NCBI GenBank assembly: GCA_951406725.2
Contig: OX597823.1
Coordinates: forward strand, 30,318,001 to 30,382,000
Direction: 5' to 3'
Length of the DNA: 64,000 nt
From: Octopus vulgaris
Taxonomy: Eukaryota
Shown here piece after piece: positions 14,151 to 30,033 of the stretch. Made by a program: the position numbers and the translations under genes. The stretch's first letter is position 1. Every line of letters starts with the position of its first letter. The notes under the pieces are model-generated. The model saw nothing but the letters and a program-made list of their open reading frames with translations, had not been told where the DNA came from and did no database searches.

Positions 14151-14259
14151 TATAAATTTGAGTGATGTTTCTCTGACCGTTACATTTTTATGTTCGTTAA
14201 CTCCTCCTCGACCGTTGGTGCAAGGACAACGAAACTAAAACCAGCAACTCACCTAAACC

Positions 14260-14646
14260 CAGGGAATGTCCTAAGGGGGGGGGGTCTATTTTTTTAAGGG
14301 CCCCCCCACTGGTCCCCTATATTTACTGCATTTTAAACTAAGTACATGGCATTGGTGACCGAATCGGAGCAATAACAATGAATTTCATACCATGAACTCC
14401 TACGAAATATAAGAAGGTTCAATTTCTGGAGGCCCACTTAAATGGGGCCCCACTAACCCCACTATTTTTTTTTTTTTGCAATTATCTTGCGCCTACGCTT
14501 ATTGATTAAATTATTATCAGCATCAGAGCTTATCACATTTGCAGAAATAAGTATCATTACACAAGGGTAGAGGGCCGCAAAGGCCTCAAAGGTGCCCTCT
14601 GCAGGAGCCAGTCTGAATGCCGCCCGAAGGGCGGCTCCAAGCCTAG
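14260..14646 (+). mobile_element. Putative non-autonomous Helitron-like element (3' end clear, 5' end uncertain)
   Basis: Hairpin gccgcc-cgaag-ggcggc (14619..14635) followed by CTAG (14643..14646) then T. Confidence 0.55.
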
Positions 14647-14707
14647 TATTTATATATGTGCACAAAAACATAACAGATCAACGCGCGTACAGACACACAT
14701 AAATGTA

Positions 14708-14858
14708 CCGTATTTTAACGTGGATAAGGAACCCACTAATTTGGGGGGCTTAAAATTTTGAAAAAATGTTTTGTAAGGGATTATGATATGGAATTCCCAT
14801 ATTTTTTAAACCTAAATTTTGCCAAAAAAATGGGTTCCTTATACATATTAAAATACGG
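14708..14858. mobile_element. pogo-type MITE
   Basis: TA-ccgtattttaa..ataaggaaccca...tgggttccttat..ttaaaatacgg-TA: TIRs with TA target duplication. Confidence 0.8.
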
Positions 14859-15055
14859 TAATTATTTATGGGTGTGTTTATGTATGTTTGCTTTTATTTT
14901 TTTATTCTTTTACTTGTTTCAGTCATTTGACTGCAACCGTGATAGGGCGCCGACCCCAGGATTATTATTAACCCTATGACTTATTCTATCGAACACTTCT
15001 ACCAAACCACTAAGTTAAGGATTCGTAAACACACCAACACCAGTTGTGTATCTAT

Positions 15056-15112
<57 letters not shown>

Positions 15113-15302
15113 CACGATGGGCTTCTTTCAGTTTCCGTCTTCCAAATCCACTCATAAGGATTTGGTCGGCCCGAGGCTATAGTAGAATACACTTGCCCAA
15201 GTTGCCATACAGTGGGACTGAACCCGAAACCATCTGGTTGGGAAGAAAGCTTCTCACCACACAGCCACACCTGCGCCTATATGTATGTGCATGTGTGTGT
15301 GC

Positions 15303-15381
<79 letters not shown>

Positions 15382-15612
15382 TGCTTTTATTCTTTTATTT
15401 TTTTCAGTCATTTGACTGCGGCCATGCCGGAGCACCACCTTAAGGGTTTTTAGTTGAACAAATCGACCCTAGGACTTATTCATTGTAAGCCTAGTACGTA
15501 TTCTATCGGTCCCTTTTGCCAAACTGCTAAGATACGGGGAGATAAATATACCGACATCGGTGGTCAAGCGATGGTGGGGGGACAAACACAAACACACAAA
15601 CACACTCACACA

Positions 15613-15668
<56 letters not shown>

Positions 15669-16271
15669 CAATCGGCTTCTTTCAGTTTCCGTCTACCAAA
15701 TCCATTCGCAAGTTGTCATGCAGTGGGACTGAACCCTGTACCATGTGGTTGGGAAGCAAGCTTCGTACCACCCAGTCCTATATGTCAGTATATATCACTG
15801 CTCCAAACATTTGGCCTTGTGACATATCTTTTACTTGTTACAGTGATTGGACTGCGGCCATGCTGCAGCAGCAGCGCCTTGAAGAGCCATCGTCGATTAA
15901 ATGGACCTCAGTATTTACTTTCTAAATGACTGGCATTTATTCTATCGGTACCTTCTGCCAAACCGCTTGTCAAATGTTGGGGGAACAAACAGAAACTCAC
16001 ACGCACACACACACATGTGCACGACGGTATTCCACGCAGTTTCCGTTCCGCAAATTTATCACAACGCATTAGTCGGCACCGCGATACAGTGGAAGACACA
16101 CATCGAAGGTTCCACACATTAGGACTGAACCCCAAATCCCTTGACTGCGAAACGATTTACTTAACCATACAGCCACACCTGCTCCTTATCACAAATCATT
16201 ACAGACCCGAACAGTTCATTATTTACATTATTTACATTTGTCGGATATTGTTCCTCGTCTTGTTTGTTGTT

Positions 16272-16317
16272 AGCACAACGTTTCGGCTGATGTGCCCTCC
16301 AGCCTTCATCAGGTGTC
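16272..16317 (-). ncRNA. Minimal type I hammerhead (inverted copy)
   Basis: GACAC-CUGAUGA-A-GGCUG..CAGCC-GAAA-CG-UU-GUGCU; one stem I mismatch. Confidence 0.7.
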
Positions 16318-16389
16318 TTGGGGAAATTTCGAACCTGGATTCTCATTCCTAAGATATTTTACGAGAACCCAGGTTCGAAATTTCCCCTA

Positions 16390-16435
16390 GACACCTGATG
16401 AAGGCTGGAGGGTACATCAGCCGAAACGTTGTGTT
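16390..16435 (+). ncRNA. Minimal type I hammerhead ribozyme
   Basis: GACAC-CUGAUGA-A-GGCUG(10 nt)CAGCC-GAAA-CG-UU^GUGUU; loopless palindromic stem III (AACGUU). Confidence 0.8.
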
Positions 16436-17172
16436 AACAGCAAACAAGATGAGGAAAAATATCTGTCAAATGTAAATAATGTACATAATTCCTCGTCTCT
16501 TAAATATAGAACTGTATTACCCGAACAGTTTTTAGTTGATCGTTACGACGTTTCAAGCCTCAAACGTTATATTAATACTTCAGCGGCGTCGAGTTGAGAA
16601 AAGACAGAAATTATGACATGGTTCGATCCGCTTGGAGCTCAGCTATTAATGAAAGCCAGTGTAGCCGGCTTAGAGGAACTACTGACTGACAACTACTGAG
16701 AAAAGCATCTGGTTCTACAGCAACTTAATTCCGGTGCTGGATAACATAGACATATAAGTAGAAAACCGATCTTAGAAGTATTTTGTCGATACAAAAACGT
16801 CATAGCAGGTTACGAGAACTTTTTTGTGCAGAAATATAATATAGTTTTAACGTAGACTCTATGTGAAAAAGATATCAGGTTTTATATAACATGCTCTCGC
16901 TAAAACGATTACATACACAAAGAATATCAGGTATCGATATCGGTTTCGTAATATGACATTTGTAGCCGTACCAGAAGTTGTGGTCGTTATTTTTATTGTT
17001 GTTGTGTTTTTTCGTATGATCTATAAGCTATGTGCTTATGTGTGTGCGGGCACGCGCACGCGCACGCATATATGTAGGTTTGTACACCTGTGTGTGTGCC
17101 TGCGTGTATGTGTATATATGTATGTATGTATGTACATACACACACAGATATATATGTGTACATATATATGTA

Positions 17173-17285
<113 letters not shown>

Positions 17286-19016
17286 TCACATAGGAGTAGG
17301 TTAGAGCGGTGTGTTATGGGTAACTTAAGAGACAGACATTTAAATGTACAATGATTCATCAGTTTTTATGAATGGGTCTGTATATGCGCACGTGCATATT
17401 CTTGTGTATGGTTGTATGTGTGTGTGGTTGTCTGTTTGTGGGTGTGGGCGTGGTTGTATGTGTGTGGGCTGAGTCAATGTGGAGGGGTGAGTCTGCCTAT
17501 CGGTCGGTATATTAACATGCTTTATTTTCAAACTTGTTTTATTCAATGAACTGCGGCCATGTTGGAGCACATTCCTGAAGGGTTTAATCGACAAATCGTT
17601 TATTTTTGAAAATTCCTACTTCTCCTATCAGTTTTTTTTTTTTTATTACAGGTACATGAACAAACTAACACCGGTTGCCAGGCGATGGGAGGAGCAATCG
17701 TGAAAGCACACTGCGTGCGTGCATACTGACATACACACACATGCATAAGAGGGGCTTCCATGCAGTTTCCATCTACCATCTTGACTATTAGCCTCCATTT
17801 TATATACATACATATATGTAGGCGCGGAGCGGCAGCAAAATGGGTCTGGTTTCGATTCCCGTGCGTGACATACTGGGCACAAGTCACTTTCTATAGCTTC
17901 GTCTAGACCCGCGCATTGAATGAAATTGTTTTCATGGAAACTGTATAGAAGCCCATCGGGTGGATTGCATTTGCAATTAAAAGATGTACATCCTTCTCAC
18001 ATACCGTCTCACCCTCTGATTCTTGAAGAACAGATGGGTCTGTAACGAACTTAACGTGATGTGTGAATATTCTCGTGCACTTTTGGGGTGCACAAAGCAA
18101 TCACTCACTAGCCGTTACTTAATAATCCAGAATCTCTACTAGTCAGAAACAAACAGGACGCAGACGTAAAATATACATATAACTACTTTATTCTCTTTCT
18201 TGGTAAACAATAACAATAAGTGTGTTATCTGATGTCCTTGATTCTGGGCGCGCAAGGCTGAAAGTTCATAGATTGTAATATTTACAATGTCCAGCCGATG
18301 AAAACAGAAAGGGTCCAAGATGGCGTCGAACAATGGAGACGATGTTGGTCTGCAACAATTTTGGTTAAAAGTCTTCGGCCAAAGGACTGCTAGAATCAGT
18401 TCAGACGGAGAGAATATATGCGTGACTGTCGCCGTCAATCGCTGGGTCCCAAGTCACCGCTTGCTGGACGCTAGCGGTCAAACGTTCTACGACCCCCTTG
18501 CCTCGCTAACTGCTATGTAGGCAATAGGGTCGTGCTACCGGTGGTTCGCGCATGCGCGAGAGGGCCCTTCCTTTCTGTGCCTTGGTGAAGGCACTAACAC
18601 GCGCGAAATACAAATGGTCGGTGCGCGAGCGCGCACCGTTATAATATCACTACAGGGTCTGTGGAATACTCAACCAATTGTAAGTAAATTCGGAGCCAAA
18701 TCGTTCAGTCGATTGAACACATTTCCTAGGACGTAAATGTGTTCCATTCTTTTTGTATAAGTCTTTTGTCTAGTAGAGATAATGTTGGACAGTAGCTGTC
18801 ATCGCGCTGATGAGGGCTGTTAAATCAGAAACACGAGTTCAGGACTGTCCTATTATCTTCATATTATAAGCATGCCCTTTTCTGTAATGGCATGTCAGTT
18901 TTGGAGGAGCTTTGATTTTTGAGATTCTCTCCCTTTACGTACGAAGCTGGTCTCAATTGCCTTTTGATAATTACGATACATCCACCAGAGGGAGATGTGA
19001 GATCAGTAAACCACAC

Positions 19017-19061
<45 letters not shown>

Positions 19062-19255
19062 TATATATTTATATATATATATATGTATGTTTGTATGTAT
19101 GTATGTATGTATGTATGTATGTATGTATGTATACGTACTCTTTTTCTGAGCGTCAAGCTAATACATTCCACATGTGCGTCCTATTGGCTTTTGTTGTGAT
19201 GTTATTTGTCCTTTTCGATTTGCATATATATGTGTGTATATGTATATGTATATGC

Positions 19256-19310
<55 letters not shown>

Positions 19311-19329
19311 AATATTGAGGGAGATAAAT

Positions 19330-19391
<62 letters not shown>

Positions 19392-20580
19392 GTATGTATG
19401 TATGTATGTATGTACGTATGTATGTCCTGGCTATGACATTAAACTGCATCCGGTGATGAGGCTCTACTTTGGGAATTCTGGAGTTGTGGGGAGGGGGCGT
19501 GAAGTCATCCCTTAATTACCATTATTCCCAAATCCGTTCTGATCGACAATAGTAGAACCTGTAAGATTCCCATCTATGGGTTAAGCAGATTTCTCAGGGT
19601 CTACAGGGGAAAGCAGCTCTTCTAGGAGACAGATACTCTGACATGAAGTTTGCAGCCAAAATAGTTGCCAGACGTCTTGCAATGCTTGTCGCTGGAACCT
19701 ACTATGGCTAGCGACAGATTAGCAAAAGTATTGTACCAGTTTTTTGTCACTTAAATCCAATGTCGCACAGATGTCTAACTATCGGATGACGGCTATCATC
19801 TGACATATTGAGGCAATCATCATGTATGGATGTATGTATGTATTATATGTTTGTATGTATGTATGTATGTATGTATGTATGTATGTATGCATGTATGCAT
19901 AGATGTATGTGTGTATGTATGTATGTACGTATGTATGTATGCATGTATGCATGGATGTATGTGTGTATGCATGTATGTGTGTATGTATGTATGTATGTAT
20001 GTGCGTGTATGCATGTATGTATATATGAATGTATTATGTGTTTGTATGTATGCATGTGTATGTATTTATGCATAGATGTATGTATGTATGCATGTATGTG
20101 TGTATGTGTGTATGTATGTGTGTATGTATATATACATGTGTGTATGTATGCATGTGTGTATGCATGTATTATATATGAATGTATTATGAGTTTGTATGTA
20201 TGTATGTATGTATGTATGTATGTATGTATGTGTATGTATGTATGCATGGATGCATGTGTGTATGCATGTATATGTGTATGTGTGTATGTATATATACATG
20301 TGTGTATGTATGTGTGTGTATGCAAGTATGTATATATGAATGTATTATGTGATGGTATGTATGTGTATGTATGCATGTATGTATGTATGTGTGTATGTAT
20401 ATATATTTTTAGAAATAAATTTCATGGTTTATACTTAGAAAAAAACATTATGGCTATGGCCGACCTTTTCTTTCTTTTCTTCTGGTTTTTTTTTCTTCTC
20501 ACATTTACGTCCGTGAGAATTACGTGTGATCTTTTCGCATAAATGTGTATACTTCTTTTGTCCTTTATGAATCGCTGTTT

Positions 20581-20638
<58 letters not shown>

Positions 20639-21082
20639 GTTTAGTGTATGTATCTGTATGTATTTTTAGTGTATTCCTGTATGCGTACATTATGAGTGTG
20701 TATTGTGAAAAAAACTTACACACCACTTAGAAACTCTCGCCTTACGTAACAATGTCAGTTAATTTAAAGCCAATTTACATGTAATTTCATTAATGATTTT
20801 GCCGTAAGTCAAATGAAAAACTAATCTACACTAATTATGTTTCTGCTACATTATCAAGGAATGTTAGGATTATGTCCCCTTCTATTCCTTTCTTTTCAAT
20901 TTCTATGGGTTTTTTTTCGAATTTTTTTTTTCTATTATTAATTGTCTCTCGTTTCCTTCTCCTTCTCCTTTCTCTCTTTATTTCTCTTTCGGGTTATCTA
21001 CGACTCAAACACCTGCACATAATTATCTACAAATGTGAACGTGTTGTATACGTTGAAATGTATTTGTATGTATGTAGGTATG

Positions 21083-21130
<48 letters not shown>

Positions 21131-21133
21131 CAC

Positions 21134-21165
<32 letters not shown>

Positions 21166-21451
21166 ATACATATATATATATATATATGCATATATATGTA
21201 TATATGTATCTATATATATATATTCATTCTTTTATTCTTTATTTCACATATATATATTTATATATGCATGTATATATACATGTAGATGTAGGTACGTACA
21301 TATATGTATGTATGTATGCATATATTTTATTTATTAATTTATTGTATGACTGAGCGCCCTCGCGTCGTTTCGTTTCTTTTCTGTTCTCCAAGTAAGTTAT
21401 ATATATATATATATATATACATATATACACGCACACACATATATATATAGA

Positions 21452-21850
21452 TGCAGGTCTGACTGTGTGGTAAGTAGCTTGCTTACCAACCACATGGTTC
21501 TGGGTTCAGTCCAGCAGCATAGCACCTTGGGCAAGTGACTTCTACTATAGCCTTGAGCCGACCAAAGCCATGTGCGTGGATCTTGTACACGGAAACAGAA
21601 GAAGCCCGTGGTATATATATGTGTGTGTGTGTGTGTCTGTGTGTATCTGTGATTGCTCCCTCCACCACCATCACTTGACAACCGATGCTGGTGTGTTTAC
21701 GTCCCTGTAACTTAGCTGTTCGGCAAAAGAGACTAGTAGAATAAGTACTAGGCATACAAACAATAAGTCCTGGGGTCGATTTGTTGAACTAAAGGCGGTG
21801 CTCCAGCATGGCCGCAGTCAAATGACTGAAATAAATAAAAGAATAAACGA
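21452..21850 (+). mobile_element. SINE family B, near full length
   Basis: ctgtgtggtaagtagcttgcttaccaaccacatgg head, internal microsatellite, family tail. Confidence 0.85.
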
Positions 21851-21891
21851 AAGAATATATATACATATATATGCATATATATACTTATGTT

Positions 21892-21922
<31 letters not shown>

Positions 21923-22150
21923 TCCTTCTTCCATTTTCCTGAGCGCCTAATAATAATAATACTGTTATTGTTCCACGTGTCGTTGTTTTTTCTGTTTTCC
22001 CGTTTGGATTAACCTTATATATATATATAAACTTATATGCATATATGCATATATATATATGCATAGGTATGTGTGTATGTACTTACACAAATATCCACAC
22101 ACATATATATGCACACATATATATAAGTATATATATATGTATATATATAA

Positions 22151-22224
<74 letters not shown>

Positions 22225-22275
22225 ACATATATATAAATATGTATATATATGTACACATATGCACTTCTGTGTGTG

Positions 22276-22310
<35 letters not shown>

Positions 22311-22359
22311 GCGTATGTATGTGTGTATGTGTGTATGTATGTATGTGTGTATGTGTGTA

Positions 22360-22390
<31 letters not shown>

Positions 22391-22736
22391 ATGACAGAAA
22401 CGTGTGAGCGAGACAATGCCACGTCGCATGTATGAGAGTGAGTGAACTTTTGCTTGGAATACTAACCGCCATTCACACAGCAGGAACAAGGGACACCGGT
22501 TATACACGTGTTGCTATCTTCTTAGCCAGTGAGAAACAGTTGCAGTTCCATGAGAGAGTGTCAATACTGGAGCGTGGAAAAAAAAAAAATTAACAAAGGC
22601 TTTTGAAAAAATTAGTGTTTCGAACAATTTTAATGGTCGTATGTATACACCCACACCTTCAAAGAGATACCACCTTACGGGTGACGGTTGAATAATTATG
22701 ACAAGGCAACATATACATACTCTCATAAATGCACAG

Positions 22737-22796
<60 letters not shown>

Positions 22797-22930
22797 ACAC
22801 ACACTCATACTTGCGCATATATGTTTGTGTGAATACGTAAGAATAGAACAAGAAATTCAGTTTGTATTTGTGCTTATAAATATATAATTTCTCGTTCTTC
22901 TACACACGCACCCATATATGTATATGGGTG

Positions 22931-22976
<46 letters not shown>

Positions 22977-22986
22977 ATGTATATAT

Positions 22987-23043
<57 letters not shown>

Positions 23044-23337
23044 TGTATTACATACACACACACATACAAACACATACAAACACACAGACACAGACACCCC
23101 CCACACACATACATATATACATGTAAATATATATTGATTATTATAAAAGCGCTGCCCTCATGTGAGTTTATTGGAATGTTATTTATTTTATTTATTTTAT
23201 CATTTCAGTATAAATAAACCCCCTCACTTTGTGTCTGTCTTTACATTGTCCTCCTCCTCCTTCACCCTGATTGCAAATAAATGCTATCGTTATTATTATT
23301 ATTGTTATCATTATTATTACTATTATTATTATTATTA

Positions 23338-23380
<43 letters not shown>

Positions 23381-23442
23381 CATCATCATCATCATCATCA
23401 TCATCATAATCTTCATCGTCATCATCATCGTCATCGTCATCA

Positions 23443-24159
<717 letters not shown>

Positions 24160-25291
24160 GCAGTTTTATTTTTATATCGTGCTTCCACTTCACTACCCAG
24201 CGCAGCTTTGTGTGTCTTGGGTATGTGCTGTAGTTTGCTGTGATGCTCTAATTGAAAGAGTTTTGCGTAGGATGCGTGCTATTATTATTATCATTATTAT
24301 TCAGCAGTTTTATTTTTATATCGTGCTTCAACTTCACTACCCAGCGCAGCTTTGTGTGTCTTGGGTATGTGCTGTAGTTTGCTGTAATGCTCTAATTGAA
24401 AGAGTTTTGCGTAGGATGTGTGCAGTGCCTAGTAGTGCAATTTTCTATATGTTATATATATTTGTAAGCCCTGGTGTTTTTATGTATTTGTCTGGATATT
24501 ATTATTATTCATACCTATTATGCGCCTATTATTGATATTATTATTATCTATTATTTTATTATTCCATTATTCGAGTTTAGTCTTTATTATTATTGAAAGT
24601 TATTCCATTTATTATTATTAGAAACTTGTCATCTGCTGGTATTGATACATCAATTAGAAAGCATTTCTTTTCTTCATGATCTCTGACAACTATGTCTGGC
24701 CTATTGGCCTTAATTTCTCTATCTGTGTGTATTGGCATATCGCAGAGTATGGTTGCTTTCTTGTTTTCTGTGACCTTTTGTGGTGTGTGCCTATACCATC
24801 TTTTTTCTGTTGTTATTCCATAGTGTTGGCATGGCTTCCAGTGTATGTAGGTCCCAACTCTGTCATGTCTGTGAATATATTCCTTCTTAACTAGGACTGG
24901 GCAGCCAGAGATCATATGATTTATTGTTTTTTGTCCATCTCCACATATTCTGCAGTTACTTGTTATGTTTCTTTTCATATGTTTTTGGTAATTTCTGGTG
25001 GGGAGGCTTTGGTCTTGTGCTGCAATTAAAAAACCTTCAGTCTCTGCTCTGAGTCCTGAGCTTCTCAACCATTGCTGGGATTTTTCTCTGTCTTTTTCTT
25101 TTGCATTTAGTTTAGCCCATGAAGGGCCTTTTCTTGCCATCGTTTTATCATGGTCTGTTTCTGTTCTAGTTTTAGTTTGGATTTAATTTGTTTTATAGCT
25201 TTTGTTGTTACTTCTTCTTCTTCATATTTGTTAGGTAGTATAACTGCTTGTTTGTATTTGTCAGCTTCCTTACATACTGAGAACAGTTTTT

Positions 25292-25292
<1 letters not shown>
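24160..25292 (-). mobile_element. Three stacked R4/Dong-like LINE fragments (24160..24280, 24302..24500, 24620..25292)
   Basis: ORF 24577..25140: ETEGFLIAAQDQ, CRICG..TINHMISGC zinc knuckle, RHDRV, RPDIVV..LIDVS; 3' UTR present twice; pieces delimited by TAA repeats. Confidence 0.9.
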
Positions 25293-25373
<81 letters not shown>

Positions 25374-26469
25374 TATTATTGCCTTTGCACAGCTTCTAAT
25401 GCTGGAGATGTAACACGGTGTCAGCTGTTCACTACCAGTGAACTAAAATAACACCCCCTATTTTTCGAGCACATACTTGTATATATGTATATGTAAGTGA
25501 GTATATGTGTGTGGATGGATTTATGTGTGTGTGTGCATGTCTGCGAATGTCCATGATATATACCCGCCGAAACACCACCCTCTCTAGTTTTCTGCAAGTC
25601 ATTATGATAAGAATATACATAAAAACGAGACAAAATGTCAAGTCAGTAAGGTTTTTGTCAAGTGGTCAGTAAGGTTTTTGAAAGTCATTCAAGAACTAGA
25701 GTCCGTTCCACTAATTTTCACCGTTTGCTCTTCCTTCTTGTTTTGGATAAGATTTCGACAGAACCCCAACTCTCCTTTTTGAAAGAAAAGTGTTTTATAA
25801 TAAGGTGATTTTCATATCTCTATCTCCAAAGTATCCGATTTCTTAACATCAATGGTCTCAAATTCATAATGAACAGATAACAGCTGAACGTAGACGCCCT
25901 GAAGGCACAGCGCAAAATATCTTATCGAAAAGAAGTCACGCATTTTCAGTTCGTTGACTGAGTTACTTGAGATTTACATCCCTATCAGGATACCTTCTTT
26001 CAACTATTTAAACTGTTTCAAATTGCTTTGGCGCTGCTGCCTGCAAGCAGAGCAGTTGTGAACACAGTTTTCCTCAAGCTGCTGATGATTGAGACGTCTC
26101 GCCTGAAACCTGTGATGGATAACACACACAACAGTTTAGGTACAATTGCTATTAATTGACGACATCCCCAAAATCAAAATCATGAAGACGTCGTTTTCCG
26201 TTTTGAGATCAAATACCGAAATGATAAAATTACCGTTCTGTAATTTGAATCGCTATGGACGTTGCTCTCGTTTATCTCATTCTTTTTAACCTTATTTTTC
26301 CTTTGCAATTAAATGCAGAAGTGACTTTGAACTAAATTGTTTATTCGAAGTTAGTATTGACAGAAATTTTTTTTATTAACTGACAGACGCTCTTCAAATA
26401 GCAAATACTGGTAGAGTAACTCTTCATCTGCAGTAACCCTTTTTTTTCTTCTCTTTTCACTGTGGACAA

Positions 26470-27602
26470 ATAACGTAGGCAGAAGCAACATGTAGTTGTT
26501 GAGTTCTTGACGTAGAAGTGTAGGCTATCCGAGATCCACAGAAGGCTGCAGGTTGTTTACGGAGATAACCTCATTGACGAAAGTAAGATACACAGAAGGA
26601 TGGAGAAATTTAAAAGGAAGACAATCATTGATGACAAACCACCAGCTGCGTCCACTGACATGAATCAGTGGTCAGTGGCCGAATTGATTCGCACCAGCAG
26701 CAGAACCACCATCTGTGAACTTACTGCACAGCAGGACAGAGGTCAAAATGCGTTCTAGAAGATAGTGGTAGAATTTAGTCATCAGGAAGCGTATGCAAAG
26801 TTTGTACTTTGGTCATCTATATGCGAATTCAAGGAGAGAAAATCGAAAGTCAGTCCTGATCAGCTGGAAGCATTTGAAAATAATGAAGGGGCATTGTTTA
26901 TCTGAGATAGTGATAAGTAATGAAATACAGTCATATCTTTATGATCCAAACAACGAAAGCTCAGTCCATAGAATAGTACCACACATCTTCTCTATAGTTT
27001 AAAAAGTTCAAGCGCCAGCGATTGCTTCGGTCGTAATTGACTGTTTGGTGGGATGACAAGGGCATCGTTTTCTAGATTTTCTGTGACCTGGCTCTACTGT
27101 GCGCAGCAAGTGGTACATTGAGATCCTCAGGAAAGTATAGCGAAGTCAATAGTGGGAAAGGACCCAACAAGAACCTGAAAACAGTCTACATTCAACATAA
27201 TGCATGACCACACACGTCTCAGCAACAAATCAAGCAATCGGAAAATTCGGTTGGTCAGTGGTCTCCTTTCCACTGTACAGCCCGAATCAGGAACCCTCCA
27301 ACTTCCACCTGTTTCGTCCAATGAAAGACAGTTTTCAGAAACAACGATTTGTTGACACGAACGAGGCGAAAGTTGCTGTGAAGAAATAGATACAACAGTG
27401 TGTAATTGATTTTTTTTTTCAAAGAAGATTCGAGAGTCAAGTTCAACTACGAAGCAAATCCATTGCTTGTGTTAGAAACTATGTCTCGTAGTACCTTTAT
27501 ATAAAGAAAGAATTTACCTTTGAACAGGTGCTTCTTGATCAACCTGTGTCATTTAACAAAAAAGTTATGCCCACTTTTGTATTACTTTCACTTCGACTCT
27601 CG
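26470..27602 (+). mobile_element. Degenerate mariner transposon
   Basis: EIHRRLQVVYGD N-terminus, YDP, WDDKGIV, YSPNQEPSNFHLFRPMK (YSPDLAPSD-like); mariner-like end ttactttcacttcgactctcg-TA. Confidence 0.85.
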
Positions 27603-28379
27603 TATAAAAACTTCATTCTTCTTCATAATTTGAGCCTGAAACTTGCCCCTAGCTACAGCAAAACAATGGCACCGATTCTGTTTGTGGTTTTGTTCCAGGG
27701 CCTTTTTATTTATTCAATGTTGTCCTGGTTTGATCTATAAAGAGATATCACCTTTGAAATGTTCTCACGCTTGAGATTTGATCCGCTTACTTTTTCCCTG
27801 TGTTAACATGTTTATCTTTCAACTAGGGCCCAGTATGTGACCGACCCGTATTTTAAACATTCATTTTCGTGAGAAACCCTCTGCTGTTCCTTTTCTTCTC
27901 TTTTCTTTTCATTCTTAAACATCAGAGGCTTTACTTTGATATAGAGATTTAAGTTACCACCGTTTCGATAAGAAGACTTGATTGTGTGTGACATCCTTGT
28001 TAGGCCATTAGGCCAGATGTTTTTAACTGACAAAAGACTTCAGCGCTTTTCATATAAAGATGTCCTTTGACGTGAATGTATGGTTGACTAATAAGGTTAC
28101 ACAAGGCAATTCACAAACGTGAACAAAGAATAATGGAGACAATTGCAATTAAATTTTTTAAGTAAAATACAAAACTACAAATATTTAAAATATTTTAATC
28201 TCCTGCTTACTTACCCTAATGTTCCAATGCACTAACACACACACACACATACACACGCCTACCTACACATACATACAAACATATATACATACATACACAC
28301 CTCCCTACACACACATACAAACATACCTACCTACCTACCTACCTACATACATACATACATACATACATACATACATACA

Positions 28380-28412
<33 letters not shown>

Positions 28413-28884
28413 GCAAATATACATACAAACACACATAGACGCATACATACAAACATACATACATACTTACATACAAACATACAAACATACAAATATACAG
28501 ACAGACATACATACAAACAATCATATATACATAGACGAATACATACATACAATCATGCATACATACACACAAATATACATACAAACATACATACATGCAT
28601 ACTTACAGTCACTCAAGCATACATACATTTATACATACATACATACATACATACATACATACATACATACATACATACATACGCACGTACGGAAGAGCGT
28701 AGGCTCGAAACCTTAAAGACGTTTTCACTTCCCGAGCGTTATCTAATACATCTGTTTGTCATCTACACCACTTGTCTTAGTCTTTTGTTTTTGTCTTTTT
28801 GGGGGTTTTTTTTGTGATTTCTCCCCTACATACAAACATACACACACAAACATACATTCATACATATACGACAAGTACTCATAT

Positions 28885-29260
28885 ACTTGTTTCAGTCATT
28901 TTACTGTGGCCATGCTGGAGCACCGCCTTTAGTCGAGGAAATCGACCCCAGGACTTATTCTTTGTAAGCCTAGTACTTATTCTATCGGTCTCTTTTGCCG
29001 AACCGCTAAGTTACGGGGACGTAACCCACCAGCATCTGTTGTCAAGCGATGGGGGGGGGGGACAAACACAACACATAAACATACATATATATATACATAT
29101 ATACGACGGGCTTCTTTCAGATTCCGTCTACCAAATCCACTCACACAGCTTTGGTCTGCCCGAGGTTATAGTAGAAGACACTTGCCCAAGGTGCCACGCA
29201 GTGGGGCTGAACCCGGAACCATGTGGTTCGTAAGCAAGCTACTTACCACACAGCCACTCA
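28885..29260 (-). mobile_element. SINE family B, full length
   Basis: Family head, body and tail in reverse complement. Confidence 0.85.
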
Positions 29261-29851
29261 AAAACCTGTGTATTCCTGGTGAGCAACACAACCCAGTGTT
29301 ATTACCATTGTATAGCAAAATTTAAGTGATTTAACCTCTTTCAGAAAGACTCGGTCGGTTCGGTTTGTATAACACCCGTTCCATCTTGGGTAATTTTAAC
29401 ACCAATTGCATGGCAATTTCAAAATCGCTATAACAACTCGTCCCCAGCTTTCTTACTCGTGTATCTAGCTTCCTTACCAGCAGTACTTTGCATTTCTACT
29501 CCACAGACGATGTTACCACATAAACGTTAATGGAGAAAACATGTCGTCACGACCTCCTCATGATCTGTATATTTTGCAACTCTCATACGCTTCCTTGCAC
29601 AAACAATAAATGATTTAGAGATTGCATTAGCGTTATATTTCTAGGAAAGTGCAGTGTGTTTATGAATAGTTATGTGTCCGTCCCAAAGTATTTCATTTTT
29701 AACACGTTATTTATTATAGCAATTGATCATGGAGACAACAACATCTAACAGCCTTGTAAGTTCAAATTATGGGTCTACAGAAAGTGTCACATGATTCGTC
29801 CTCAGAGTGAGATATATAATAGAAGCTTGAAAGACGATCATGTGTGTATGT

Positions 29852-29900
<49 letters not shown>

Positions 29901-30033
29901 TGTGTGTGTCTGTGTATTAATGCTCTTTTTTATTTCAAGTTAGATATAAAAACAATTTTACAGAAAGCTGAAGGATTACTCAATACTTAATAGTAGAGAA
30001 CATGTCTAACGAACTTTTACATGAAAGGGATTG

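Larger units (their letters stand above)
16217..16518. mobile_element. Penelope-like inverted-repeat insertion with two hammerheads and 12-bp TSD
   Basis: Arms ~16226..16344 and ~16363..16481 are inverted copies; acccgaacagtt duplicated at 16205..16216 and 16519..16530. Confidence 0.8.

Noticed and set aside
26083-26115. CUGAUGA..GAAA motif
   Set aside because: No consistent stems I/III or UH triplet; likely chance
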